Part shown: piece after piece, positions 36,875 to 45,855 of the stretch | Numbering within the stretch: the stretch's first letter is position 1 | How the letters are laid out: every line of letters starts with the position of its first letter | Source: an uncultured Bacillales bacterium | GTDB taxonomy: Bacteria > Bacillota_I > Bacilli_A > RF39 > UBA660 | Reading direction: 5' to 3' | Length of the DNA stretch: 64,000 nt | Assembly: GCA_948442255.1 (NCBI GenBank) | Contig: CAOJRT010000002.1 | Span: forward strand, 8,088 to 72,087 | Notes under the pieces: model-generated | What the model was told of the DNA's origin: nothing | Seen by the model: the letters and a program-made list of their open reading frames with translations, nothing else | Database searches by the model: none | Made by a program: the position numbers and the translations under genes

Positions 36875-37204
36875 TTATTCATCTTTTCCATAAACAACTT
36901 TTTCAAGTTGACTTAATCTTCTAAGAAGGTCAATATTACTGACTTGTGAACTATTTGCAGTTCCTTCTGCTGCTTCTATATTTGCTTTAATACGACGTAA
37001 CTCATTGCGTAATTTATTATTTTCATCTTGCAAAAAAGCAACCTCTTTCTTACAATTTTTTATCTCGTTACTAAATTCATTATAGTCATTAATAACAAGA
37101 TCTAAAAACTTATCAACTTCTTGAGGACGATATCCTCGCGCATCAATCTTAAATTCCTTATCTAAAATCTCTTGTGGAGTTAATGCTATCTTCTCACTAT
37201 ACAT
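36875..37204 (-). CDS. gpsB: cell-cycle protein GpsB (DivIVA domain)
   Basis: 109 aa. LTPQEILDKEFKIDARGYRPQEVDKFLDLVINDY, C-terminal NIDLLRRLSQLEKVVYG. Confidence 0.9.
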   Translation of the reverse strand: MYSEKIALTPQEILDKEFKIDARGYRPQEVDKFLDLVINDYNEFSNEIKNCKKEVAFLQDENNKLRNELRRIKANIEAAEGTANSSQVSNIDLLRRLSQLEKVVYGKDE

Positions 37205-37498
37205 AACTAATTCACCCTTCTTAATGAATTTATTATAAGGCTTTTAAACTCTATTTGTCAAGGCGACGCATCTTTTCATCCATTTTCATACTTGCTTCTG
37301 TAGCAAGTTCTAATAATTCTTGTAAAAAATATTCTGCTTTCAATATCCACTCTTCCTTTCTATTATATAAACATAACAAATTATAAAAAATTAAGCAGCA
37401 AAGAAGACAAATTTAGACAAAACTATTATTGTAAATTTCTTTTTGTTAATACTATTTTTTCTCAAAAATTTATAGTATAATGAATTAAGGTGATAAAA

Positions 37499-38062
37499 GT
37501 GCAGTACCCTAATAACATTAGAAAGACATATAGTAAAATAAATGTCTCTCATAGTAATAGAGGAATGAGCTTAGAAAACGCCCTCAATCTAAGTAATAAA
37601 TACTACTTAGATAAAGATATCGCTTTAATATACAAAAAGCCAACTCCTATAGGAATTGTCGATGTTTCTTATAAAAATAATAAAAAAGTAATTGAAAAAG
37701 CTTATTTTAAAGAACAATCAACTTTAGATTATAATGGACTATATAGAGGAAAATACATTGATTTTGATGCCAAAGAAACACTAAATAAAACCGCATTTCC
37801 TTTATCAAATATCCACGAACATCAATCGATTCATATAAGAAATGTCATTCGTCATAAAGGAATTGTCTTTCTTATTATAAGAATGAACGCCATCACATAC
37901 CTATTAACTGGAAAAGATTATATTAACTATATTGATAATACAAAGAGAAAATCAATTAGTTACAAGTATATTGAAGAAAAAGCATATATAATAAAAGAAA
38001 GTTATCAACCACCACTCGATTATTTAAAAGTGGTAGATGAAATCTATTTTAAAGGAGAATGA
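37499..38062 (+). CDS. recU: Holliday junction resolvase RecU
   Basis: The track ORF starts at GTG 37490. GTG 37499 (GGTGA 5 nt upstream) gives MQYPNN..., like the B. subtilis N-terminus. Upstream of ponA as in Bacillus. Confidence 0.85.
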   Translation: MQYPNNIRKTYSKINVSHSNRGMSLENALNLSNKYYLDKDIALIYKKPTPIGIVDVSYKNNKKVIEKAYFKEQSTLDYNGLYRGKYIDFDAKETLNKTAFPLSNIHEHQSIHIRNVIRHKGIVFLIIRMNAITYLLTGKDYINYIDNTKRKSISYKYIEEKAYIIKESYQPPLDYLKVVDEIYFKGE

Positions 38063-40818
38063 AAATGAGTACAGAAAACAAAAGTACTACAAAGACAAAA
38101 AAGAAAGCATTTGTATCTGTCAAACAAAGTAATAATCCAACAATGAAAATAACGAAAGTAAAAAAAGAAAAACAAAAGAAGAAAAAAAATCCTGAAAAAA
38201 CAAAGAAAATAATCAATGTTCTATTATCAATTATAATGATACTAGGCATATTCGTAATGATAGCAATCATTAGTTTTAGTGCTTATATAGCCTTAAATGC
38301 TCCTCCCTTTGAAGCAGACAAATTATATAGTACAGAAGCTACTATATTATATGATAAAAATGGCGATGAATTTGCTCGTTTAGGGAGAGAACAAAGAGAT
38401 ATTGTAAAATACGAAGAATTACCAGAAGTATTAATCGATGCAATCGTTGCAACAGAAGATTCAAGATTTTTTCAACATAATGGTTTCGACTTTGTTCGAT
38501 TTGTTAAAGCTTCTTTAGGGCAACTCGCTGGTCAAGACGGAGCTGGTGGCGCTTCAACATTAACCATGCAAGTGGCAAAGAACTCTTTTTCTAAAGACGA
38601 AGCCACTGGAAAAATTGCTTCTTCAGGAATCGCTGGTATTATCCGTAAATTTAATGATATATATATTTCTGTATTTAAAATAGAAAAAAATTATACTAAA
38701 GAAGAAATTATTGAATTTTATGTCAATGCTCCTGGTCTTGGAAATAATACATTTGGAGTTGAACAAGCTTCTAGAAAATACTTTGGAAAATCTGTAAGTA
38801 ACCTTACGCTTCCTGAAGCCTCTCTACTTGCTGGAATATTCAATGCTCCTTCTCTTTACAATCCATACTATTCTCCTGAATTAGCCAGCCAAAGACGTGC
38901 AGTTGTTCTTAACCTAATGGTAAGACATGGCTATATTACAGAAGAACAAGCAGAAGGCGCTAAAAATATCTCAGTCGAATCTCTAACGGCTGAAAGTACA
39001 AGTGTTGGCTTAAACAGATATCAACAATTTATTGATATCGTATGTGACGAAGTAGAAAAAAAATATGGTGTAAATCCAGCAAATGTTCCAATGGAAATTT
39101 ATACTACTATGGATCCTGCAATCCAAGAAGTATACGTCGCTCTAAATAATCAAGATCTTGATAATAAAGGAATCATTAGTCAAGAACAAGACCCAACCAA
39201 ATTAGAAAAAAGAAAAAAGAATGCCTATGTTTTCCAAAGAAGTTATATGAAATCAGACTTCATTCAAATTGCTTCTATTGTAACAGACGTTCATGATGGC
39301 TCTATAAGAGGTGTAAACGGCGGAAGAAATCAAACCAGAGAAAGAGCTTTAAGTCAAGCAACAAGAGGTGTCATGCAACCAGGGTCAACTGCTAAACCAA
39401 TTTTTGCTTATGGTCCTTATATTGAATACAATAATGGAAATACAGGAACTATATTTTATGATAACAAAATGAACTATTCAAATGGACAATCAATCAAAAA
39501 TTCAGATGGAAAATTTAAGGGCGCTATGACAATGCGAGATGCTTTATCCCAATCAAGAAACATTCCAGCTGTACAAGCATTCCAAGCAGTAGATAAAGAA
39601 AAAATTGCCGAATTTGTCCATAACTGTGGAATTGATTATGGTGATACCCTATTAGAAGCCTTTGCTATTGGAGGAGGACTAGAAGTAAACCCTAAAATTA
39701 TGGCAGCAGCCTATGGAACATTCGCTAGAGGTGGATATTATATTGAACCTTATACCTTCACGAAAATCGTGTTCAGAGAAACCGATGAGGTAGAAGAAAT
39801 AAAACCAGAATGGGTAAAAGCCATGAGTTCCGAAACCGCATACATGATTACAGATATACTTAGAACTGCTGCGCAAAATAAAGTTGGTGGTGTATACACA
39901 GGAGTAAGAGGAACTGAAATAGCTGCCAAAACAGGAACATCCACTTATGATGCTAATTTCTTAAAACAACAAGGAATACCAAGTAGTGCATCAGATGATA
40001 ACTGGGCTATCTCCTACTCTCCTGATTATGTTATCGCTCTTTGGTATGGTGTTGAGTTTGCCACGAAAGATGCTTATACAGACTCTGTCAGAGCAGCAAA
40101 CGAAGTAAGAACAATCAATACACTACTTGTAAATAATATTTATAAAGAAAATTCAAAATTCAATCGACCATCAAATGTCATTGCAGCAGAATATGAAAAC
40201 GAAACAATTCCAGCTGAATTACCATCTGAATATACACCTCAAGATTATAAATCAACAGAACTTTTTAAAAAGGGGACTGAGCCTAGTGTAGTTTCAGAAA
40301 GATTTAGTGAGTTAAGTAATCCAACAAAAGGAGAAGCCATAAGCTCAGGTGGCACTATCAAACTAAGTTGGGAAGGTATACCAACACCAAATGCAATCAA
40401 CACAAGTTACTTAGACAATTACTTTACTAAAAACTATGGAAAATTTAAAGATATCTATTTAGAAAAACGCTTTGAATACAACAATACACAAATTGGTACA
40501 GTAGGATATCATGTATATCTTAGTACTCCATCAGGTTTAATTTCCTTAGGATATACAACCAATACATCTTACGAATATACTGTTACAGCACCAGGAACTT
40601 ATACCTTTGTTGTAAAATCTGAATATAGTATATTTAAATCTAATGCTTCAAGTGGATTAACAATTACAGCAAAAATAAAAGATATCACATCTGTAGAACC
40701 ATCTAATCCAGATGATGATACTAGCAGCGACGACAAAGATTCAGATAACGAAGACGATAAAAAGGAAGACAATCCTTCCTCAGGTAATTCACAAACAGGA
40801 AATAAAAAAGAAAATTAA
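38059..40818 (+). CDS. ponA: bifunctional class A penicillin-binding protein (GT51 transglycosylase + transpeptidase) with Lys-rich N-terminus, and an FN3-like domain plus acidic tail at the C-terminus
   Basis: 919 aa. EDSRFFQHNG, GASTLTMQ (GT51); STAKP, SRN, KTGT (TPase). Alternative ATG at 38065. Confidence 0.93.
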   Translation: MKMSTENKSTTKTKKKAFVSVKQSNNPTMKITKVKKEKQKKKKNPEKTKKIINVLLSIIMILGIFVMIAIISFSAYIALNAPPFEADKLYSTEATILYDKNGDEFARLGREQRDIVKYEELPEVLIDAIVATEDSRFFQHNGFDFVRFVKASLGQLAGQDGAGGASTLTMQVAKNSFSKDEATGKIASSGIAGIIRKFNDIYISVFKIEKNYTKEEIIEFYVNAPGLGNNTFGVEQASRKYFGKSVSNLTLPEASLLAGIFNAPSLYNPYYSPELASQRRAVVLNLMVRHGYITEEQAEGAKNISVESLTAESTSVGLNRYQQFIDIVCDEVEKKYGVNPANVPMEIYTTMDPAIQEVYVALNNQDLDNKGIISQEQDPTKLEKRKKNAYVFQRSYMKSDFIQIASIVTDVHDGSIRGVNGGRNQTRERALSQATRGVMQPGSTAKPIFAYGPYIEYNNGNTGTIFYDNKMNYSNGQSIKNSDGKFKGAMTMRDALSQSRNIPAVQAFQAVDKEKIAEFVHNCGIDYGDTLLEAFAIGGGLEVNPKIMAAAYGTFARGGYYIEPYTFTKIVFRETDEVEEIKPEWVKAMSSETAYMITDILRTAAQNKVGGVYTGVRGTEIAAKTGTSTYDANFLKQQGIPSSASDDNWAISYSPDYVIALWYGVEFATKDAYTDSVRAANEVRTINTLLVNNIYKENSKFNRPSNVIAAEYENETIPAELPSEYTPQDYKSTELFKKGTEPSVVSERFSELSNPTKGEAISSGGTIKLSWEGIPTPNAINTSYLDNYFTKNYGKFKDIYLEKRFEYNNTQIGTVGYHVYLSTPSGLISLGYTTNTSYEYTVTAPGTYTFVVKSEYSIFKSNASSGLTITAKIKDITSVEPSNPDDDTSSDDKDSDNEDDKKEDNPSSGNSQTGNKKEN

Positions 40819-40838
40819 AATAAGGGAAGCACATTTCC

Positions 40839-41774
40839 TTATTTTATTTTGTCTAACAAACTTATATATTCGGCAAATTCTTTCTTTTTTGTAATTGAAA
40901 AAACATATAAAATTCTTCCTCGTAAACTTTGAAGATAAAAACTTTTATCTTGTATAGAAAGTTTAGCAATATGTGAATCAATGCCATACTTATTTATATA
41001 ATACATTTCTTGACGAACCTTCTTTAAATAACTTCTTTTTATATTAACCTTTTGATTAACTACTAATCCTGTAACCAATAAAGCTCTGTTTTGATAGATT
41101 ACTTTAGTCTTCTCTCTATTAAGAAAAAGGCCTTTTTTCTTAAGTTTCTTTTTAACAAAAGCAATTAATTCTTTATCGTCAAAAATATCTCCTGAAAAAG
41201 TCATATCATCACTATATCTTGTATAAACAAGACCTTTTTCTAAAGCATACTTATCCATTTCATAATCAAAATCACGCATAAATAGATTTGAAATGGCAGG
41301 ACTAGTAGGTGCTCCCTGTGGCAAAAAATCAGCATAGCAACACAAGTTAGTTAATAAAACACCTACACTTTTAGGATAATAAGAAAAACAGCATTTATAA
41401 ACATCTAAAAAAGAAATACGATCAAAAAAATGGGCAATATCTAACTTTACAATTTTTTTCTTACCCACATGAGGAAGTGCATTTGCATAAATACCATTTC
41501 CTTTTTTATAAGCTGTTGCTACTGGAGTTATCTTTTTTTCTGCTAAAATAGTATCTAATATTCTTCGTTGTGCAAATTTCAGCATTTTACTTGGCTCATA
41601 AATAGTTCTTACTTTTCCATTTCTTTTTCTTATATAAAAAATCTTATAATTCTCAACAATATGATTACTCAACATATATAATTTTTGAAAATATTCTTTT
41701 TCCGATTTAGTTTCTTCCACTAAAAAAAGAGAAAGTAGAAACAAACGAATTTCTTTTATGACTTCTTCATTCAT
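40839..41774 (-). CDS. retron-type reverse transcriptase
   Basis: 311 aa. RTIYEPSKMLKFAQRRIL, NALPH, LDIAHFFDRI, LPQGAPTSPAISN, YTRYSDDMTFS (YxDD), retron-specific LLVTGLVVN. AGGAGA RBS. Confidence 0.9.
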   Translation of the reverse strand: MNEEVIKEIRLFLLSLFLVEETKSEKEYFQKLYMLSNHIVENYKIFYIRKRNGKVRTIYEPSKMLKFAQRRILDTILAEKKITPVATAYKKGNGIYANALPHVGKKKIVKLDIAHFFDRISFLDVYKCCFSYYPKSVGVLLTNLCCYADFLPQGAPTSPAISNLFMRDFDYEMDKYALEKGLVYTRYSDDMTFSGDIFDDKELIAFVKKKLKKKGLFLNREKTKVIYQNRALLVTGLVVNQKVNIKRSYLKKVRQEMYYINKYGIDSHIAKLSIQDKSFYLQSLRGRILYVFSITKKKEFAEYISLLDKIK

Positions 41775-41790
41775 TCTACCATCTCCTACA

Positions 41791-41941
41791 AAAGCAATAC
41801 AAAAGAATATACAAATGCGCGAATGTAACGAGCTACTACGTGAAGCGTAGAATATTACATGGAAGTATTTGTATTCATCCTATACTAAACTTCATCCCTT
41901 AGTGACTCACTAAAGTGGATTCCTCCAAACACTATTGCTTT
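41791..41941 (-). ncRNA. candidate retron msr-msd non-coding RNA (ends approximate)
   Basis: 9-bp a2/a1 inverted repeat AAAGCAATA (41941..41933) / TATTGCTTT (41799..41791). msr hairpin TTAGTGA-G-TCACTAA (41913..41899). Long imperfect msd hairpin ~41876..41805 with tip CTACG-CTTCA-CGTAG. Directly upstream of the RT. Confidence 0.7.
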
Positions 41942-41948
41942 CGGCCTT

Positions 41949-41977
41949 ATTGTATCATAACAAAAACAGCAAGACAA
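41949..41977 (-). promoter_or_regulatory. candidate promoter of the retron ncRNA-RT transcript
   Basis: TTGTCT, 17 nt, TACAAT, immediately after the nth stop. The predicted start falls ~7 nt before the a2 repeat. Confidence 0.45.
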
Positions 41978-42601
41978 TCATAAATTCTTATCCTTACTTG
42001 TACAATCTGCAAAGAATAAACATTCTTTACAATCTGGTTTTTTAGCTTTGCAAATATATCTTCCAAACAAAACCATTTGATGATGAGTTCTACTCCATAA
42101 CTTTTTAGGAACAAACTTCATTAACTTCTTCTCTACTTCTAAAACAGAATCATTCTTTTTTGCTATTTTAAGTCGTTTAGAAACTCTCTCAACATGAGTA
42201 TCTACAGCTATAGCAGGAACATCAAACAAATTAGATAAAACCACATTCGTGGTCTTTCTCCCTACTCCTGGTAAACTCTCTAAATACTCTCTATCATTAG
42301 GAACAACCCCATTATACTGTGTAACTAAACTAGTTGCAATAGCAATAATATAAGCGGATTTCTTCGTAAAAGAACCAAGAGGTTTTACAATTTTTTCTAT
42401 ATCTTTTTTTTCAGCTTTACTAAGTCCATAAATATCATAATGACTAAACAAATCATTCGTTACTTCATTGACTCTTTTATCTGTGCATTGAGCGGATAAA
42501 ACTACAGCAATTAATAATTCATAATCTCGATTATAATGTAATTCACATTTAGGATGAGGAAACATCTTATCTAGTTTTTCATTAAAACAACTTATACCCA
42601 T
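41978..42601 (-). CDS. nth: endonuclease III
   Basis: HhH-GPD motif LPGVGRKTTNVVL...VDTHV, 4Fe-4S cluster CKAKKPDCKECLFFADC. ATG 42601 overlaps the dnaD stop (TAATG). Confidence 0.93.
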   Translation of the reverse strand: MGISCFNEKLDKMFPHPKCELHYNRDYELLIAVVLSAQCTDKRVNEVTNDLFSHYDIYGLSKAEKKDIEKIVKPLGSFTKKSAYIIAIATSLVTQYNGVVPNDREYLESLPGVGRKTTNVVLSNLFDVPAIAVDTHVERVSKRLKIAKKNDSVLEVEKKLMKFVPKKLWSRTHHQMVLFGRYICKAKKPDCKECLFFADCTSKDKNL

Positions 42602-43260
42602 TACGCATCCAACCAATCATAATCTAATATTTCTTGTTCTTTTTTACTAAGCTCTTTGTCTTTTGATTTCTCTTCTCTTCTATTACGCATATGCTTCTTG
42701 ACATCATCCATCGTTTTAAAGCCCTTTTTCTCCCATTCATAGATGATTTTGTCAATATATCTAAAATTACTCACACCATTATAAACTGCTTCTCGTAAAG
42801 CCCCTAAAATGATTTCCTCCGATACACCACTAATAAGCCATCCATTAATAAGCTCTAATTCCATAGAAGAGATTGTTCTTCCAAGTTCTCTTTCAAATAC
42901 TTTAAAAATATCTTCTTTTGTCCCTTTCTCTTTTTTTTCTGTAGCCACTTCTAAGATTTTATTATAAAGTCCGTCCAATTGAACAACCTCAATAAATCTC
43001 CCCATCTCATCTTTAACACTATCTAAAGAAACAAATCCCTTCAATACCAAAGTATTAAACGCCTCCATAGCATCATTCATATCCATAGATAAAACTTGAC
43101 TAATAAGTTCAATCTCAAAACGTTTACTAAAACTATTTTCTAAATAGACAAGTACTAAAAAAGAAGGCAAAGACAATTCTTCTTGTAAAGAAACTTGAAT
43201 AATAGAATCAGCTACAACTAAATTTTTCCTCTTTAAAAAATCCTTCACAATCTCCTTCAT
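42601..43260 (-). CDS. dnaD: replication initiation / membrane attachment protein DnaD
   Basis: 219 aa. DnaB_2/DnaD C-terminal domain (ELINGWL..., NFRYIDKIIYEWEKKGFKT). dnaD-nth synteny. Confidence 0.85.
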   Translation of the reverse strand: MKEIVKDFLKRKNLVVADSIIQVSLQEELSLPSFLVLVYLENSFSKRFEIELISQVLSMDMNDAMEAFNTLVLKGFVSLDSVKDEMGRFIEVVQLDGLYNKILEVATEKKEKGTKEDIFKVFERELGRTISSMELELINGWLISGVSEEIILGALREAVYNGVSNFRYIDKIIYEWEKKGFKTMDDVKKHMRNRREEKSKDKELSKKEQEILDYDWLDA

Positions 43261-44350
43261 CTAACCACTTCTCTCTATTTTGTTCTACATAAGAAACTAC
43301 CGCTTCATGAGTATTTTCAAGTTCATGATTTAATATCTTATCTTTTAAATCCTCATACACAACACGTATAATTTTAGAAGGATCTATCTGCAGTATAGAA
43401 CAAATCTCCATACTATCAATTTGTATATCTTTTATACTTTTAATTTCTAAACTTTTATAAATTGTACTAATATCCTCTGGCAACAAACCTAATATAGAAC
43501 CAGCTACAATAGAAACATACAAATCATAGGAAAATAAAATATTTTTATCTATCTTACCATACTTTACAATACTTTGAATATTTTTTATCATTTCTTTTTC
43601 TTCTTTTGTAAAAGGATATTCTTTACGCATCTCTAACTGACTATACATCCCACAAATATCGGAAACTTGTACAACATTTGCATAATCGATTCCCAAGTAA
43701 GGAAGAAAACCTAAATCTCTTAAAATATCCAATCCTCTTAAAGCATTCGGACTTGATAAAATTTTCGTAAGTTCTTCTTTCACTCTCTCTAAAGACAATT
43801 CTTCTAATAAAGAAGCTTGTTTCTTTAATTCAGTATATAAAGTAATATCAATTTGAAAATCCAAACGAGTCGCAAAGCGAACAGCTCTTAACATACGTAA
43901 AGGGTCTTCTTGAATTCGTTCACTAACCTCCCCAACAGCTCGTATAACACGATTCTCTATATCCGATTTCCCGCCTAATAAATCAATTATCGTTCCATCA
44001 CGATTCATACATAATGTATTCATGACAAAATCTCTTCGGTTAATATCATCAATTAAATTATCAACATATTCTATCTCTACGGCTCTTCTCGACCCATTAT
44101 ATTTTAAATCTCTTCTATAGGTTGTAATATCAATATTATAATGGTCACTAATTAACTTAACCGAGCCATACTCATTACTAGTCGCATTTCCATTCCCAAA
44201 TATATCTAAAATATCTTTTACTTTCGCATTGGTACAAATATCTATATCATGAGAAGCAATCCCTAAAAGAGAGTCTCTTACATACCCTCCAACAATATAA
44301 GCTTCAAATCCTTTTTCTTCTATTCTCTTTAAAATATCTCTTACTTCCAT
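43208..44350 (-). CDS. cca: CCA-adding tRNA nucleotidyltransferase
   Basis: 380 aa. GGYVRDSLLG...HDIDI head domain, RRDFVMNTL, DPLRMLRAVRF. Confidence 0.9.
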   Translation of the reverse strand: MEVRDILKRIEEKGFEAYIVGGYVRDSLLGIASHDIDICTNAKVKDILDIFGNGNATSNEYGSVKLISDHYNIDITTYRRDLKYNGSRRAVEIEYVDNLIDDINRRDFVMNTLCMNRDGTIIDLLGGKSDIENRVIRAVGEVSERIQEDPLRMLRAVRFATRLDFQIDITLYTELKKQASLLEELSLERVKEELTKILSSPNALRGLDILRDLGFLPYLGIDYANVVQVSDICGMYSQLEMRKEYPFTKEEKEMIKNIQSIVKYGKIDKNILFSYDLYVSIVAGSILGLLPEDISTIYKSLEIKSIKDIQIDSMEICSILQIDPSKIIRVVYEDLKDKILNHELENTHEAVVSYVEQNREKWLDEGDCEGFFKEEKFSCS

Positions 44351-44386
44351 TGTATCTTCCTATCTATTATAAAAAGAGATAAATAA

Positions 44387-45025
44387 TTATCTCAATTGAT
44401 CAATCTGTTTTTGAAAATTCTCTTGCATACAGACAAAAGAACCACCAATCACCATATCAGCCCCTGCTTCTTTACAAAGCAAGGCAGTCTCTCTATTAAT
44501 GCCCCCATCTACTGAAATAATATAATGATAATGATTTTGCTCTCTTACTTCTTTTAATGTCTCAATTTTATAAAGCACTTCAGGTAAAAAGGCTTGTCCC
44601 CCTTCTCCAGGTTTTACACTCATAACCAAAACTTGATCAATATGAGCAAGCATTGGTATAATCTTATGCACTTTAGTCTCTGGATTAATCGCAATTCCCA
44701 CTTTTAACTTTGCATGACGAATCATATTAATAACGTCAATCGGTTTTCTATGGGCTTCAAAGTGCAACGTTAAGTATTCCAAATTAGGAACTTTAGCAAA
44801 ATCCTTAATATACTTATTTGGAGAGCTACACATCATATGCACATCTAACTTTTTATTTATATTTTTAAACAATTTCCTTATATCTGCCACACTATAGTTA
44901 AGGGAAGGAACAAAAATCCCATCCATCATATCAACATGAATATAATCACAATCAGTGACCTCTATTTTTTTTAAAGCCCCCTCTAAATCATCTTTAATTT
45001 TCAAAAAAGAAACAGCTACTTTCAT
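44387..45025 (-). CDS. rpe: ribulose-phosphate 3-epimerase
   Basis: 212 aa. HVDMMDG, VMSVKPGEGGQAF, DGGIN. Confidence 0.92.
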   Translation of the reverse strand: MKVAVSFLKIKDDLEGALKKIEVTDCDYIHVDMMDGIFVPSLNYSVADIRKLFKNINKKLDVHMMCSSPNKYIKDFAKVPNLEYLTLHFEAHRKPIDVINMIRHAKLKVGIAINPETKVHKIIPMLAHIDQVLVMSVKPGEGGQAFLPEVLYKIETLKEVREQNHYHYIISVDGGINRETALLCKEAGADMVIGGSFVCMQENFQKQIDQLR

Positions 45026-45855
45026 TTTTCCAACTCCTTCAAAAATTGCACATAATGGTCATATCTTGATTGTAAAATCATCTTATTTTCTACAGCTTCC
45101 TTAACTTTACAATTCGTTTCTTTAAAGTGTATACAATCGCGGTATTTACAAGTATATTGCTCAAATTCTACAAAGGTATCTCGTAAACTAAATTTATCTA
45201 TATCTTTTAAATCTAAAGCTGAAAAACCAGGTGTATCCGCAAGAAAGCCTTCCTCAATCAAGAAAAGCTCAACATGGCGAGTTGTATGTTTCCCTCTCCC
45301 TAAAGCTTCAGAAATTATATCAGTAGCAAGATGTAAAGAAGAATCCAAGCGATTTAATAGACTGCTCTTTCCTGCTCCCGTCTGGCCCGCTAAGACAAAA
45401 ATACGATTTTTTATTATTTCCTTTATTTTGGTAACTTCTGTATTATAAAGAACACGTATACCAATTCTTTCATAATACTTTTTCAAATCAGCAATGAGCT
45501 CTTGTTCTTCTAAAGAAAGCAAATCCACTTTTGTAAAACAAATAACTGGCTCAATAGCATAAAACGTTATCAAACTAAGCAATTTATCTAATAAATGCAA
45601 ATCCAAGCTAGGTTTTTTCACACTAGTCACAATAAGACAACCATCTACATTGGCAATAAGTGGACGATAAAGTTCATTCTTACGAGGATAAATAGAAAGA
45701 ATAAGATGTTTTTTTTCATCTATTAAAACATCATCCCCAACAAGAGGACTTTGTTTCTCATTTCGAAACTTTCCTCTTGCTCGACATTCATACAAATTCT
45801 CCCCACATTTTACAGTATATAAATTACTAATCAATCGAACAATTTTACCATTCAT
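45022..45855 (-). CDS. rsgA: ribosome small-subunit-dependent GTPase A
   Basis: OB fold N-terminus, circularly permuted GTPase (TKVDL ... GQTGAGKSSLLN ... DTPGF), C-terminal Zn site CKYRDCIHFKETNCKV. ATG 45855 overlaps the prkC stop. Confidence 0.9.
   Translation of the reverse strand: MNGKIVRLISNLYTVKCGENLYECRARGKFRNEKQSPLVGDDVLIDEKKHLILSIYPRKNELYRPLIANVDGCLIVTSVKKPSLDLHLLDKLLSLITFYAIEPVICFTKVDLLSLEEQELIADLKKYYERIGIRVLYNTEVTKIKEIIKNRIFVLAGQTGAGKSSLLNRLDSSLHLATDIISEALGRGKHTTRHVELFLIEEGFLADTPGFSALDLKDIDKFSLRDTFVEFEQYTCKYRDCIHFKETNCKVKEAVENKMILQSRYDHYVQFLKELEK

Noticed and set aside
37251-37343. 30-codon minus-strand ORF (TTG start; LKAEYFLQELLELATEASMKMDEKMRRLDK) between gpsB and recU
   Set aside because: It has a plausible RBS-like GGAAGAG, but it is too short, uses a TTG start and shows no recognisable family. 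It cannot be supported from sequence alone.
41978-42601. Endonuclease III as the missing retron effector
   Set aside because: It is a canonical full-length Nth with an FeS cluster, translationally coupled to dnaD in the conserved dnaD-nth arrangement. The retron promoter starts only after its stop codon.
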